From a phage, in the sequence record PZ445436.1: DNA of 64,000 nt; one strand, given 5' to 3'. The position numbers and the translations under genes are program-made. Shown here piece after piece: positions 10,871 to 21,633 of this stretch. The notes beneath the pieces are model-generated. The model did no database searches. It was not told the DNA's origin and worked only from the letters and a program-made list of their open reading frames with translations. How positions within the stretch are numbered: position 1 is the stretch's first letter; the number at the start of each line of letters is the position of its first letter.

Positions 10871-12049
10871 TTAAAAATATTTTTTAAAACTCATCATAAC
10901 TTTATCATCAACATCATTATCAATCTGTGCAACAAGGTAAGATGACAGTTCTACTTCTTGTGGCGCGGATTGAACATTATCAGAATTAAGATATTCACGA
11001 ATCCAAGGATACGGATGTTTAACCGGAGCATCAGTAATTGGGCACGGAAGACCACACTGTTTCATACGAGATACAGTTAAGTAATCAATAAAGCTCCACA
11101 TGCTATTTGTATTTAATCCAGGAACATCGCCATCTTTAAATAAATGAACTGCCCAATCTTTTTCTTGGCGGTTAACTTCCATGAAAATATCAACTGCTTC
11201 TTGTTCACACTCTTTGGCAATTTTAACCCATTCATCACCATCCGTGCCAAGTTGAAGTTGACGAATAATATATTGTGTACCTTTAAGATGAAGCTGCTCA
11301 TCACGTGCAATGAACTTCATAATCTTGGCATTACCTTCCATGATTTCCATGTTCTTATGGAAGTTAAAGGTACATGCGAAAGATACATAAAAACGAATAG
11401 CTTCCAATGCGTTGATTACATGCAGACAAAGGTAAAGAGAACGCATTAGTTCGTATTTGCATTCTTCTACATGCATAAGGCTATTTGAATATGCGTCCAA
11501 ATCATATTCATTCTCTGAAAAACACCTAAAAATTTCTTTTGCGTTTTCCCATTCACGAGTTTTCTCAATAACATCATCATAATAACGACCAATAGATTCA
11601 GCACGTTTCATGATAGCTTTATCTAATACAATCTCATCAAATACCTTTGACGGGTCAGTATAAAGATTTCGCATAATATGAGTGTATGAACGGCTGTGAA
11701 TAGTTTCACTAAAAGTCCATGTAGCAACCCATGTATCAAGGCTTGGGTCTGAAATTAATGACATAAGTACAGCAGACGGTGCACGACCCTGAATGCTATC
11801 TAGAAGTGATTGATACTTCAGGTTATTAGTAAAAATATCTTGCTGATACTGAGGAAGCTTGTTAAATTGTGCAGCATCCATCATCAAGTTTACTTCTTCA
11901 GGACGCCAGAAAAATGACAATTGCTTTTCGGTTAAATCTTCAAAAACTTTATGGCGTTGAATATCATAACGCGCAATACCAAGACCTGAACCGAAGAACA
12001 TAGGTTCTTTTAAAACATCAACTGGATTTGTATTAAAAACTGTGCTCAT
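10871..12049 (-). CDS. nrdB: ribonucleotide reductase small subunit
   Basis: 392 aa continuous ORF with class Ia R2 features; no intron interruption. Confidence 0.95.
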   Translation of the reverse strand: MSTVFNTNPVDVLKEPMFFGSGLGIARYDIQRHKVFEDLTEKQLSFFWRPEEVNLMMDAAQFNKLPQYQQDIFTNNLKYQSLLDSIQGRAPSAVLMSLISDPSLDTWVATWTFSETIHSRSYTHIMRNLYTDPSKVFDEIVLDKAIMKRAESIGRYYDDVIEKTREWENAKEIFRCFSENEYDLDAYSNSLMHVEECKYELMRSLYLCLHVINALEAIRFYVSFACTFNFHKNMEIMEGNAKIMKFIARDEQLHLKGTQYIIRQLQLGTDGDEWVKIAKECEQEAVDIFMEVNRQEKDWAVHLFKDGDVPGLNTNSMWSFIDYLTVSRMKQCGLPCPITDAPVKHPYPWIREYLNSDNVQSAPQEVELSSYLVAQIDNDVDDKVMMSFKKYF

Positions 12050-12100
12050 AAATTTTCCGCTTAGTTAATAGATAGTGACTCGTCCATGAGTCAAATTATA

Positions 12101-14365
12101 TCATAATTTACAGGATGAACAATCTTCAGCTTTTGGAGTTTCTATTTCATAATCATCAGTACCAGAACCGTCACGTGTATTATGATAATAGAAATTTTTT
12201 CCGCCAAAATACCAAAAATACAAAAGGTCATCAATCATTATTGACATTGGAACCTTGCCTTTAGGGAAGATTTGGGGGTCATAGTATGTATTCGCCGAAG
12301 CTGATTGACAAACCCATTTCAGCATAATAGCTACCTGCGTAAGATAAGGTTTATTACCTTTCTTAGCTAATTTCCATGTATAGTCGTAAAGGTCTATGTT
12401 ATGCTCAATATTGGGCACGACCTGATTAAAGGAGCCCTCTTTTGATTCTTTAACAGAGACTGGTCCACGTGGAGGCTCGATACCGTTTGTACTGTTAGAA
12501 ACTTGGGAAGATGACTCACATGGCATAAGTGCTGATAATGTACTATTACGGATGCCAAAGAGCTTAAGGTCTTCCCGCAGCGCCGACCAGTCACAAACGT
12601 ATTTTGGAGCTGCGATTTGGTCAATCTTTTTATTGTACCAGTCGATAGGTAATTCGCCTCGAGACCAACGAGTGTCTGAATAATATTCGCAAGGTCCTTT
12701 TTCTTTGGCGAGCTTAATGGATGCTTTAATGAGTCCATACTGTAATCTCTCAAATAGTTCATGTGTTAAATCGTTAGCATCTTCATAAGAAGCAAAGTTA
12801 CTTGCCAGCCAAGCTGCATAGTTAGTAACACCTACACCGAGGTTACGACGCTTTTTAGCTTTTTCTGCTTCAGGAACTGGATATCCTTGGTAATCCAAAA
12901 GATTATCAAGAGCACGAACTTGAACTTCTGCTAATTCATTAATTTTATCTTGGTCTTGCCAATCGAAGTTATCCAGCACAAATGCAGATAACGTGCACAA
13001 TCCAATTTCAGCATCGGGGCTATTCACATCATTTGTTGGAATAGCAATTTCACAGCACAAGTTACTCTGACGAATAGGTGCCTTTTCACGAATAAATGGA
13101 GTATAGTTATTCGTATTATCAATGAACTGTACATAAATCCTTGCTGTTCCTGAACGTTCAGTCATGAGCAATTCAAATAGTTCACGGGCTTTAATACGCT
13201 TTTTACGAATATTAGGGTCTTTTTCTGCTGCTTCGTATAATTCACGGAAACGGTCTTGGTCTTTAAAATAAGAATAATAAAGCTCTCCACCCATTTCATG
13301 TGGACTGAACAAAGTAATGTAATCGTTCTTTCCAAAACGTTCCATCATCAAATCATTCAGCTGAACACCATAATCCATATGACGAATGCGGTTTTCTTCT
13401 ACGCCTTTGTTATTTTTCAAAACGAGAAGATTTTCAACTTCCAAATGCCAAATAGGATAATAAGCAGTAGCAGCGCCGCCACGAATTCCACCCTGTGAAC
13501 ATGATTTAACTGCAGTCTGAAAATGTTTCCAAAAAGGAATAACACCGGTATGGCGTACTTCACCCATGCCAATCTTAGAACCTTCGGCACGAATCATACC
13601 AACGTTAATACCAATTCCAGCGCGTTTAGAGATATATTCAACAATTGAAGCGGAAGCCTTATTGATAGACTTTAATGAATCACCTGCCTCAATAACAACA
13701 CATGAACTAAACTGTCGAGTCGGAGTACGGCAACCAGCCATAATAGGAGTTGGCAGTGAAATCTGTCGAGTAGATACCGCTTCATAAAAACGGATAACAT
13801 GTTTTAATCTATCAACAGGTTCATCTTGATGCAATGCCATTCCAATAGTCATAAATGCAAACTGTGGAGTTTCATAAATTTGACCAGTGGTTTTATCTTT
13901 AACTAAATATTTTTCTTTTAATTGCATCGCCCCGGAATAAGTAAATTCCATATCCCGTTCGTGCTTAATTTTTGATTCTAAAAATGTAATTTCTTCTGCT
14001 GAATATTTTGACAATAATTCAGGGTCATATTTACCTTCATTTACACAGTAAGAAATATGGTCAATAAATGAACGTGGTTCATACTGCCCATAAACATGCT
14101 TACGAAGAGCAAACATTAAACAGCGTGCAGCTACGTATTGATAATCAGGCTCTTCAACTGAAATAGAATTCGCAGCAGCCTTAATTACAATGGTTTGAAT
14201 GTCATCAGTGGTCATTCCATCACGGAGATATGATTTAATATTTTCATATAATTCATAAGGATCTACTGATGTTCCCTCAGCTGCCCAAGATAAAACTTTA
14301 ATAATTTTTTGTGGGTCAAAGCTCTGAGAAACACCACTACTTTTGATAACATTAATTAATTGCAT
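12101..14365 (-). CDS. nrdA: ribonucleotide reductase large subunit
   Basis: 754 aa; ATP-cone N-terminus, active-site region NLCCEI, C-terminal CSSCKL redox tail. Confidence 0.95.
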   Translation of the reverse strand: MQLINVIKSSGVSQSFDPQKIIKVLSWAAEGTSVDPYELYENIKSYLRDGMTTDDIQTIVIKAAANSISVEEPDYQYVAARCLMFALRKHVYGQYEPRSFIDHISYCVNEGKYDPELLSKYSAEEITFLESKIKHERDMEFTYSGAMQLKEKYLVKDKTTGQIYETPQFAFMTIGMALHQDEPVDRLKHVIRFYEAVSTRQISLPTPIMAGCRTPTRQFSSCVVIEAGDSLKSINKASASIVEYISKRAGIGINVGMIRAEGSKIGMGEVRHTGVIPFWKHFQTAVKSCSQGGIRGGAATAYYPIWHLEVENLLVLKNNKGVEENRIRHMDYGVQLNDLMMERFGKNDYITLFSPHEMGGELYYSYFKDQDRFRELYEAAEKDPNIRKKRIKARELFELLMTERSGTARIYVQFIDNTNNYTPFIREKAPIRQSNLCCEIAIPTNDVNSPDAEIGLCTLSAFVLDNFDWQDQDKINELAEVQVRALDNLLDYQGYPVPEAEKAKKRRNLGVGVTNYAAWLASNFASYEDANDLTHELFERLQYGLIKASIKLAKEKGPCEYYSDTRWSRGELPIDWYNKKIDQIAAPKYVCDWSALREDLKLFGIRNSTLSALMPCESSSQVSNSTNGIEPPRGPVSVKESKEGSFNQVVPNIEHNIDLYDYTWKLAKKGNKPYLTQVAIMLKWVCQSASANTYYDPQIFPKGKVPMSIMIDDLLYFWYFGGKNFYYHNTRDGSGTDDYEIETPKAEDCSSCKL

Positions 14366-14682
14366 AAGTCCTCAACTTGAAAATCGTCTTTAAACAATCG
14401 GTTAACTATATGAGCTATTATATCACCATGACACGGCTTTGGTTTACATGTGCATCCTAGCCTCATTCCACGTAAAGGCTCTAAATGTGCTTTAGTTATT
14501 TCTCCGGATTTAATTCGACGTATAAAATCTTTTTTGAATAATTCAATGGCAGCCTCCCGGCTGCCAGCATCTTTACCGACGTAATTTCCCCAAAATGTAC
14601 CACGGTGAATATTAACATCAAAGTCGGATTTATATTTATTCACTACCCGGCATAGACGGCCCGGTTGGTAATAATTCTTCAT
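14356..14682 (-). CDS. hypothetical protein (nrdA.1-like by position)
   Basis: 108-aa ORF; Cys/His cluster [11 protein letters not shown]; start uncertain (47-nt overlap with upstream ORF). Confidence 0.45.
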   Translation of the reverse strand: MKNYYQPGRLCRVVNKYKSDFDVNIHRGTFWGNYVGKDAGSREAAIELFKKDFIRRIKSGEITKAHLEPLRGMRLGCTCKPKPCHGDIIAHIVNRLFKDDFQVEDLCN

Positions 14683-14899
14683 ATTGTTTTTCCGTTAATA
14701 CAGTAATATCATAGTAACAATCGGAAGAAGTTTTAACTGTGGAAATTTTATTGTCAAAATACTCACGAGTCATTTTATGAGTATAATATTTTTTACCATA
14801 AATGGTAATAGGCTGTTCTGGTCCTGGAACTTCTAACTCGCTTGGATTAGGAAGTGTAAAAAGAACGACACCAGAAGTATCTTTAAATCGTAAAATCAT
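14636..14899 (-). CDS. hypothetical protein (nrdA.2-like by position)
   Basis: 87-aa ORF, ATGA overlap with td stop. Confidence 0.45.
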   Translation of the reverse strand: MILRFKDTSGVVLFTLPNPSELEVPGPEQPITIYGKKYYTHKMTREYFDNKISTVKTSSDCYYDITVLTEKQYEELLPTGPSMPGSE

Positions 14900-15756
14900 A
14901 TTGCCATTTTCCCTTTAATTGCTGGATGCGATTCATAATTTTCAAGGATAAAATCTTTCGGTTTCATGTATTCAGTTAACCAGTAAAGCTGTGTTTCGGT
15001 GTCACAATTTTCAAACTCTATAGGCCAATCAATTTTAAGTTCACACAGTTCTTTAGGCTCACGACGTAAAATTTCTTTACATTGCTCAGTATGATTCATA
15101 TAGATGTGAGTATTACCACCAGAAAATATCAAATCTCCTGGGATAAGATTACACATCTTAGCCACAATATGCGTCAAGGCAGCGTACGAGGCAATGTTGA
15201 ACGGCAAACCCAAGAAAACATCTACACTTCTTTGGTACCATTGTAAATCAAGATAACCATTACGCACATTAAACTGATAGAACATATGACAGGGCGGTAA
15301 TGCCATTTGATTGATTTCAGCTGGATTCCATGCTGAAACGATTTGACGTCGATCAGTTGGTAATTTTTTAATACGATCAATAGTTTCAACTAATTGATCC
15401 ACACCACCGAAATCACGCCATTGTTTACCGTATATAGGACCAAGTTCACCACTATGATATCCTAGGTCTTTAGCTTGGTTTTCATAATTGTCATCCCAGA
15501 TAGTTTTACCTTGAATAAGACTACCGTGAGTAAGAAGACGTAAATCATTAACATTGGTAGAACCGGAAATAAACCATAAAAGCTCAGCAATGCATGCATT
15601 CCAGGCGAGCTTCTTAGTTGTTACTGCAGGAAAACCTTTAGTTAAATCCCAGCGTAATTTAGTACCGAACAAAGCAATTGTTCCTGTGCCCGTTCGGTCA
15701 TCGGTTTCATAGCCATTTTCAAAAATGTCTTTAATTAAATCTTGGTATTGTTTCAT
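14896..15756 (-). CDS. td: thymidylate synthase
   Basis: 286 aa continuous ORF; ThyA motifs (active-site PCH); no intron. Confidence 0.95.
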   Translation of the reverse strand: MKQYQDLIKDIFENGYETDDRTGTGTIALFGTKLRWDLTKGFPAVTTKKLAWNACIAELLWFISGSTNVNDLRLLTHGSLIQGKTIWDDNYENQAKDLGYHSGELGPIYGKQWRDFGGVDQLVETIDRIKKLPTDRRQIVSAWNPAEINQMALPPCHMFYQFNVRNGYLDLQWYQRSVDVFLGLPFNIASYAALTHIVAKMCNLIPGDLIFSGGNTHIYMNHTEQCKEILRREPKELCELKIDWPIEFENCDTETQLYWLTEYMKPKDFILENYESHPAIKGKMAI

Positions 15757-15801
15757 TTAGTACCTTATATAAATTATAATACATTTTATGAAGCTGAATA
15801 A

Positions 15802-16149
15802 TCAATACGGTTTAGCATCAAATTTTCTCTCAATTTCAGGTGTGAAATATAATTCTTTACCGCGTTTGGAAAAGCGACCAATAATATGATAATTATTCTC
15901 ATCAAACGTAATATTACCAATATCCATAGCTTTCAACCAAATATCGATATTTCTATCCAGCTTTATGTCAAAATTCCAATACGGAGAACTATTACCGAAA
16001 ATACTGCAAGCGGATTCAGTGAAACAACTGCTATAAATCTTGTCTTTAGGAACTACTAATTGATAGACACCTTTAATAAACTGAGGACCTTGCCATTTTG
16101 GCTGTTTCGTGTCTTTTTCTAATAGAATAGGGTAATAATTAAAATTCAT
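15802..16149 (-). CDS. hypothetical protein
   Basis: 115-aa ORF. Confidence 0.5.
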   Translation of the reverse strand: MNFNYYPILLEKDTKQPKWQGPQFIKGVYQLVVPKDKIYSSCFTESACSIFGNSSPYWNFDIKLDRNIDIWLKAMDIGNITFDENNYHIIGRFSKRGKELYFTPEIERKFDAKPY

Positions 16150-16168
16150 ATTTCCGCCACGCGTTATT

Positions 16169-16989
<821 letters not shown>

Positions 16990-16998
16990 TATATTTCC

Positions 16999-17241
16999 TC
17001 AAACAGACTTTTTCACAATTTTCCAATCAGCTTTAAACTGATCGACGTCAGAATGATAAATCCAAAATCCTGCGCTTTCACCGTCTTCATAAAGCGGACA
17101 CCCATCACATTCATCTTCCCATCCCATGCCACGTAAAAGGTGTTCAGCTTTTTCAACAAGTTCAGAATCTTTACCGATGATATTAAAATACCATTTACCT
17201 CTAACTTCCGAATCTTTGATGCTCTGACGTTGTAATCTCAT
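16999..17241 (-). CDS. hypothetical protein
   Basis: 80-aa ORF; early promoter upstream. Confidence 0.5.
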   Translation of the reverse strand: MRLQRQSIKDSEVRGKWYFNIIGKDSELVEKAEHLLRGMGWEDECDGCPLYEDGESAGFWIYHSDVDQFKADWKIVKKSV

Positions 17242-17267
17242 TTTATTCTCCTCAAGTTGATAAGGCT

Positions 17268-17297
17268 ATAGTATCATTACCATAGCCCGTTGTAAAC
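17268..17297 (-). promoter_or_regulatory. T4 early-type promoter
   Basis: GTTTAC, 18 nt, TGATACTAT; -10 flanked by GGCTAT/ATAGCC inverted repeat. Confidence 0.6.
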
Positions 17298-17299
17298 AA

Positions 17300-17560
17300 T
17301 TATTTTTGAATTTTATCGAGCCACTTACCAAGCTTAATCATTTCTTTAGTAGCCTTTTCCATACTTCTGAACTTGACCAATAGAGGATAGGTATCGACAC
17401 CCATAACTAAACTGGTTACAAGACTGTGTTCACCCACAAGCCATAACGAATACGTTTGAATATCGAGCCCGTAATTTCTGTCTTTATGGACCCGTACACC
17501 CATCACTTCAAATTTCTCACTAGCTTTTTCTACCGCATCCAGGAAATCATCTTTAGTCAT
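17300..17560 (-). CDS. hypothetical protein
   Basis: 86 aa from ATG 17558-17560 (avoids 41-nt overlap of longer track ORF). Confidence 0.45.
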   Translation of the reverse strand: MTKDDFLDAVEKASEKFEVMGVRVHKDRNYGLDIQTYSLWLVGEHSLVTSLVMGVDTYPLLVKFRSMEKATKEMIKLGKWLDKIQK

Positions 17561-17561
17561 A

Positions 17562-17942
17562 TTAGGCCTTAAAAGTTTTTCGCAAAAGTTCAATGATTTC
17601 ATCTACATTGTTTTCGTCAACAATGCAGTGAATTTTTGTTACGCCAGAAACCTTGTCTTTGACTTCATCTTCTTCAGAAGTCGGTTCTTTATACTCACGA
17701 AAACAATGAAATTCATCTTCGCAAATTTCTAAAAGTCTATCTTTGAGGTAAAAATGCTTTCCATTTGCGCATTCAATGTGTTTTACTGCTTTATATCCAT
17801 TAGCGACGGAAACTTCTTTAACTTCAAACCATCCGCCATTATCTCGAATAGCTTTAACGATTGATGAATTAGAACGTGGGCTATAATTAATAAATGTATC
17901 AATAAGTCTTGGAACAAGTTCATACTTTTTGCCAATATACAT
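17562..17942 (-). CDS. hypothetical protein
   Basis: 126-aa ORF; GAGGAAA SD; hairpin upstream. Confidence 0.5.
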   Translation of the reverse strand: MYIGKKYELVPRLIDTFINYSPRSNSSIVKAIRDNGGWFEVKEVSVANGYKAVKHIECANGKHFYLKDRLLEICEDEFHCFREYKEPTSEEDEVKDKVSGVTKIHCIVDENNVDEIIELLRKTFKA

Positions 17943-17956
17943 TACGTTTCCTCATT

Positions 17957-17977
17957 TTGATAGGGGCTTGATAGCCC
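17957..17977 (-). other. intercistronic hairpin
   Basis: AAGGGGC / GCCCCU stem with 6-nt loop, upstream of SD. Confidence 0.5.
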
Positions 17978-17985
17978 CTTGATAA

Positions 17986-18213
17986 TTATTGTTCAATCAG
18001 TCCCATGTAAAATTCTGCGTCTTCGGCATCCATGCCATCACAATATTCATTAGCCATAAAGCGGGTGAGGTCTTCAAGAGGACCTTCAACAACAATTTGA
18101 ATACTCCAAAATTTAGAATCTTGCACGCTTGTGATACTAAGTTCAGGATAACGATTACGAATAATTTCTTCAATATATTCAAAATCAACAACATCAATAT
18201 CAACTTTAGCCAT
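17986..18213 (-). CDS. hypothetical acidic protein
   Basis: 75 aa from ATG 18211-18213 with AAAGAGGAAA SD; early promoter -10 lies inside the longer track ORF. Confidence 0.5.
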   Translation of the reverse strand: MAKVDIDVVDFEYIEEIIRNRYPELSITSVQDSKFWSIQIVVEGPLEDLTRFMANEYCDGMDAEDAEFYMGLIEQ

Positions 18214-18256
18214 ATTATTTTCCTCTTTAATCATCAGCAGTATTGCCGATAGTTGT

Positions 18257-18286
18257 ATAGTACCATGGAAGGACAAGGATGTAAAC
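18257..18286 (-). promoter_or_regulatory. T4 early-type promoter
   Basis: GTTTAC, 18 nt, TGGTACTAT; A/T-rich UP region. Confidence 0.65.
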
Positions 18287-18317
18287 CGTTTTGTGAAAAA
18301 ATTTTTGAAATAAAAAA

Positions 18318-18341
18318 AGGGGACCTCTAGGGTCCCCAATT
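18318..18341 (-). terminator. rho-independent terminator after gene 32
   Basis: GGGGACCC-UAGA-GGUCCCC followed by UUUUUUUAUUU. Confidence 0.75.
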
Positions 18342-18359
18342 AATTAGTAATATAATCTA

Positions 18360-19268
18360 TTAAAGGTCATTCAAAAGGTCATCCAGGTCCGTGTCATCAG
18401 CACTAGATGAACTGCCAGAGCTTGAGCTCATAAAATCATCTTCAGTTTTTGTATTGAAGTCATCAACATTGAATGCATCCAAATCATCAGCAACTTTATC
18501 AGCTTTCTTAGCAGCAGTTGCAGCGGCACCGCCCATCACAGCAGTTCCCATGACTTGACCGAATTTAGTGCTCAGTTCTTCAAACGATTTGAATTTATCT
18601 TTAGAAGTCATTTCAGAAAGGTCAACCATTTGTTCGAACAGTTCTTTCTGGAAAGATTCATCGTCAATGTTTGGAATCGCAGATTGATTCAGGAATTTAG
18701 ATTCGTCGTAGTTACTAAAACCAGAAACTTGTTTAACTTTCAGTACAAAGTTAGCACCTTCCCACGGACAAGTTACATCAACCGGAGTTTCACCCATTTC
18801 AACATCAACTGCAATCATTGCGTTGATTTTATCCCAGATTTTCTTACCGAAACGGTATTTAAATACTTTACCTTCATTTTCTGGAGCAGCTGGGTCTTTT
18901 ACAACAAGAATGTTAGCCCAGTAAGAAGTTTTACGTTTAACAAGACTGTACTCTTTATTGTCAGTGTTGTACAGATCATTTTTACTGATGTACTGACATA
19001 CTGGGCAAGAATCGTAATCACCGTGGGTAGATGAACAGTTTTCAATATACCATTTACCATTTTTCTTGAAACCATGATTTACAAGAATTGCGAATGGTGC
19101 TTGTTCATCATTTTTAGACGGAAGAAAACGAATTACTGCTTGACCGTTACCCGCATTGTCGAGTTTCAGTTTCCACTCGCCTTTATCTTCAGAAGAAAAA
19201 CCACCTTTATTTCCAGCCAGTTTAGCCATTTGTGCAGCGAGTTCAGCAGTAGATTTACGTTTAAACAT
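18360..19268 (-). CDS. 32: single-stranded DNA-binding protein gp32
   Basis: 302 aa; matches T4 gp32 as recalled incl. acidic C-terminus; leader pseudoknot and terminator present. Confidence 0.95.
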   Translation of the reverse strand: MFKRKSTAELAAQMAKLAGNKGGFSSEDKGEWKLKLDNAGNGQAVIRFLPSKNDEQAPFAILVNHGFKKNGKWYIENCSSTHGDYDSCPVCQYISKNDLYNTDNKEYSLVKRKTSYWANILVVKDPAAPENEGKVFKYRFGKKIWDKINAMIAVDVEMGETPVDVTCPWEGANFVLKVKQVSGFSNYDESKFLNQSAIPNIDDESFQKELFEQMVDLSEMTSKDKFKSFEELSTKFGQVMGTAVMGGAAATAAKKADKVADDLDAFNVDDFNTKTEDDFMSSSSGSSSSADDTDLDDLLNDL

Positions 19269-19335
19269 TTTTATTTCCTTTTTAATTTAATTAACAGTTG
19301 GTGCTATGACGATGTATGACCTCATAGCTGGTCAG
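19269..19335 (-). promoter_or_regulatory. gene 32 mRNA leader: H-type pseudoknot plus A/U-rich operator for translational autorepression
   Basis: minus-strand CUGACCAGCUAUGAGGUCAUACAUCGUCAUAGCAC (stems UGACC/GGUCA and GCUAUGA/UCAUAGC) then UUAAUUAAAUUAAAAAGGAAAUAAAAAUG. Confidence 0.7.
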
Positions 19336-19351
19336 TGAGATAATTATAATC

Positions 19352-19359
19352 TATTTATA
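19352..19359 (-). promoter_or_regulatory. late promoter motif TATAAATA upstream of gene 32
   Basis: exact match on minus strand; MotA-box-like TGCTTAT and a TATAAT also nearby. Confidence 0.5.
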
Positions 19360-19367
19360 ATAAGCAA

Positions 19368-20021
19368 TTAATACTTGCAAGATTTCACAGTTTCAATAAA
19401 AACTTTTTTAGCTTCCTGTGAATCAATATTTAAAATTTTTCTATAAGCCTTTAACTTTATAGAATAATTATTCCAGACTAAATTATCAGTCTGTTCATCA
19501 TGTTTATCAATTATATTTAAAAATGAATCAAGCAAGATAAACGTCTCAAACGAAATTATGTTCGATTGCAGAAGTTTAAAAATATAACTTGATTGAACCT
19601 TTGGATTATATTCAAAGATTTCTTTAAAAGCAGAAACTTCAACTTTTTTACTAAAATAATAAATGTTGCGAATATCTTCTTCAAACTTAAATTTAATTTG
19701 CTTTAAGCGTCCGATATATTCACGATAAAACACAAGTGCATCAGCGTCAGAGATGTCGCCAATCCAAGCATCTTGGTTAGCAACCAAATTACTTATAAAG
19801 ATTAAAGCAAGTTCCTTTAATTTATATTTTTCTGATAACTTCTGGAAAAAATACTTATCCCTTCGCTTTTGATAAGCGGCATCAGACACCCGCATGCACC
19901 AATTATACTTAATTACATCATACTTTCCATTCATATGCTGTTTTATCATTAAGTATAATTTATAAACTGATTTACCATCAATGTATCTTTCACCACCAGC
20001 AGGCATGCGGAGTTTAATCAT
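19368..20021 (-). CDS. 59: gp59 helicase loader
   Basis: 217 aa, T4 gp59 length and position. Confidence 0.9.
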   Translation of the reverse strand: MIKLRMPAGGERYIDGKSVYKLYLMIKQHMNGKYDVIKYNWCMRVSDAAYQKRRDKYFFQKLSEKYKLKELALIFISNLVANQDAWIGDISDADALVFYREYIGRLKQIKFKFEEDIRNIYYFSKKVEVSAFKEIFEYNPKVQSSYIFKLLQSNIISFETFILLDSFLNIIDKHDEQTDNLVWNNYSIKLKAYRKILNIDSQEAKKVFIETVKSCKY

Positions 20022-20356
20022 AGTAGAAAATCTAATGTATTAGTTTTTTCACAACGAACAACAGAAGGACGTAAAAGATTTTCGTCAATAGCTTCTGACT
20101 GAATTTTTTCAATTATACCCGAAGGAATAAATTTAGCAAATTGAGTTTCAGGAATAGAGTTTTCTTCCAAGAATGCTGTCGTAGCTTCAAGATAACTCAT
20201 TCCAAACTCTTCTACCATTTTTTCAATAATAAATCCATTTTCTTGACGATCAAGAAGCTTTGCTATTTCATCCTTTTCTTTCTTGATTGAAAGTTCTTTT
20301 TCTGAAAGACCGGTCTCATCGACCGGACGAATATCATTTAGAGAAAACTGTGTCAT
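20018..20356 (-). CDS. 33: gp33 late transcription co-activator
   Basis: 112 aa from ATG 20354-20356 (MTQFSLNDIRP...). Confidence 0.85.
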   Translation of the reverse strand: MTQFSLNDIRPVDETGLSEKELSIKKEKDEIAKLLDRQENGFIIEKMVEEFGMSYLEATTAFLEENSIPETQFAKFIPSGIIEKIQSEAIDENLLRPSVVRCEKTNTLDFLL

Positions 20357-20603
20357 AAAGTTCAACTACCTCTTCAGTTTCAGCTTCAAACACATCACGG
20401 TTATCTTTATGATACAAAGCTAACAGACGATTAAACATCTTACCATCAACGCCAAGTTCATCTTTAGCACGAATTCGAATATCTTTAATCAGTTCATTAT
20501 AACCGGAAATTTTCAGTTTATGATCAGATGCCTCTTTAATAAATTTAGCCAAGTCTTCGCCATGGATAGCTTCATCAAATTCAACCATTTCTTTTTTAGC
20601 CAT
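20334..20603 (-). CDS. dsbA: DsbA double-stranded DNA-binding protein
   Basis: 89 aa, T4 DsbA length and position between rnh and 33. Confidence 0.75.
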   Translation of the reverse strand: MAKKEMVEFDEAIHGEDLAKFIKEASDHKLKISGYNELIKDIRIRAKDELGVDGKMFNRLLALYHKDNRDVFEAETEEVVELYDTVFSK

Positions 20604-20611
20604 TATTCACC

Positions 20612-21529
20612 TCAAAATTCATTAATGCTATTAATTAATTTAGAAAGACCCGCTTTTACAAAATATGAATAAATTTTGCCACGCGGTGGTAATTTATATG
20701 AATTATAGTAATTCACAATGTTTGAAGCAATATTATCAGGAATATAATCAAAATCAATTAGAACTAAATTTTCTTTATAACGATTATATTCAGATTCTGT
20801 GAGAAGCACCTTAGCTTGCTCACGGTCATTAGCAATAGCTTCAACGATTGAAGTTTTCATCGAAGGAGTTCGTTCACCTTCAACTTTGGTAAACCAAAAG
20901 TCAGATCGTACTTTAACTGAAGCAACGTTATCCTTTTTGTCGCCTTTAAGGATTTTAGTCATACAGTCAATTTCAGCAGAACCGCTTTTAATTTTAACCC
21001 ATTTCTTATGCATCGGCGACCATTGCTTAACATTTGGGTATTTGTGAAGCTGTGTAAAGTCACCATCCGATGAAATGATTAAAATCTTGTGTCCTTCTAA
21101 AGAGAACTTTTTAACAAGAACAGCAATGTGGTCATCTGCTTCATACTTATCAATATCCATAACAATGTATGGCATATAAGCTTTCAATTCATCTATAACT
21201 TTATGGCTGGATTCAAAATAACCTTCCCAGTCCCAAGTCGATTCTTCTCGTGCTTTTCCACGGTTTTTCTTATAATAATAAGCGAAATCACGACGCCAAT
21301 ATCCAGATTTCGCATTATCAATACACAGTACAATTTTAGTGTATCCAAGCGTTTTTGCTTTTTTGACATTAAACTTAATTGAGTTCAATATCAAATGACG
21401 AACCATTGATAAATTAATTTTTTCTTTATCTGGGAAGTTTACTAAAGCAGTTGAAAGCGCAATTTGACTAAAGTCAATAAAGCAAATTCCTTCTTTGTAA
21501 TCTTCATCCAACATCATTTCTAAATCCAT
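20612..21529 (-). CDS. rnh: RNase H (5'-3' exonuclease, FEN-like)
   Basis: 305 aa from ATG 21527-21529 (MDLEMMLDEDYKEG...); own early promoter upstream. Confidence 0.9.
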   Translation of the reverse strand: MDLEMMLDEDYKEGICFIDFSQIALSTALVNFPDKEKINLSMVRHLILNSIKFNVKKAKTLGYTKIVLCIDNAKSGYWRRDFAYYYKKNRGKAREESTWDWEGYFESSHKVIDELKAYMPYIVMDIDKYEADDHIAVLVKKFSLEGHKILIISSDGDFTQLHKYPNVKQWSPMHKKWVKIKSGSAEIDCMTKILKGDKKDNVASVKVRSDFWFTKVEGERTPSMKTSIVEAIANDREQAKVLLTESEYNRYKENLVLIDFDYIPDNIASNIVNYYNSYKLPPRGKIYSYFVKAGLSKLINSINEF

Positions 21530-21558
21530 ATGAACCTCGTTCAATTAGTGAGATTTTT

Positions 21559-21588
21559 ATTATATACCATCCAAATCTTAAAGTAAAC
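21559..21588 (-). promoter_or_regulatory. T4 early-type promoter for rnh
   Basis: GTTTAC, 18 nt, TATAAT. Confidence 0.65.
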
Positions 21589-21591
21589 AAG

Positions 21592-21599
21592 TATAAATA
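21592..21599 (+). promoter_or_regulatory. late promoter TATAAATA for gene 34
   Basis: exact TATAAATA about 35 nt before ATG; AGGAG SD. Confidence 0.75.
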
Positions 21600-21633
21600 C
21601 TTATTATTGAAAACACAATAGGAGCCCGGGAGA

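Noticed and set aside
12394-12762. 122-aa minus-strand ORF inside nrdA
   Set aside because: Alternate frame within nrdA.
15757-15800. TATAAATT motif upstream of td as a late promoter
   Set aside because: One mismatch to TATAAATA and on the wrong strand for td; treated as chance A/T-rich sequence.
18555-19034. Plus-strand 159-aa ORF
   Set aside because: Antisense shadow inside gene 32.
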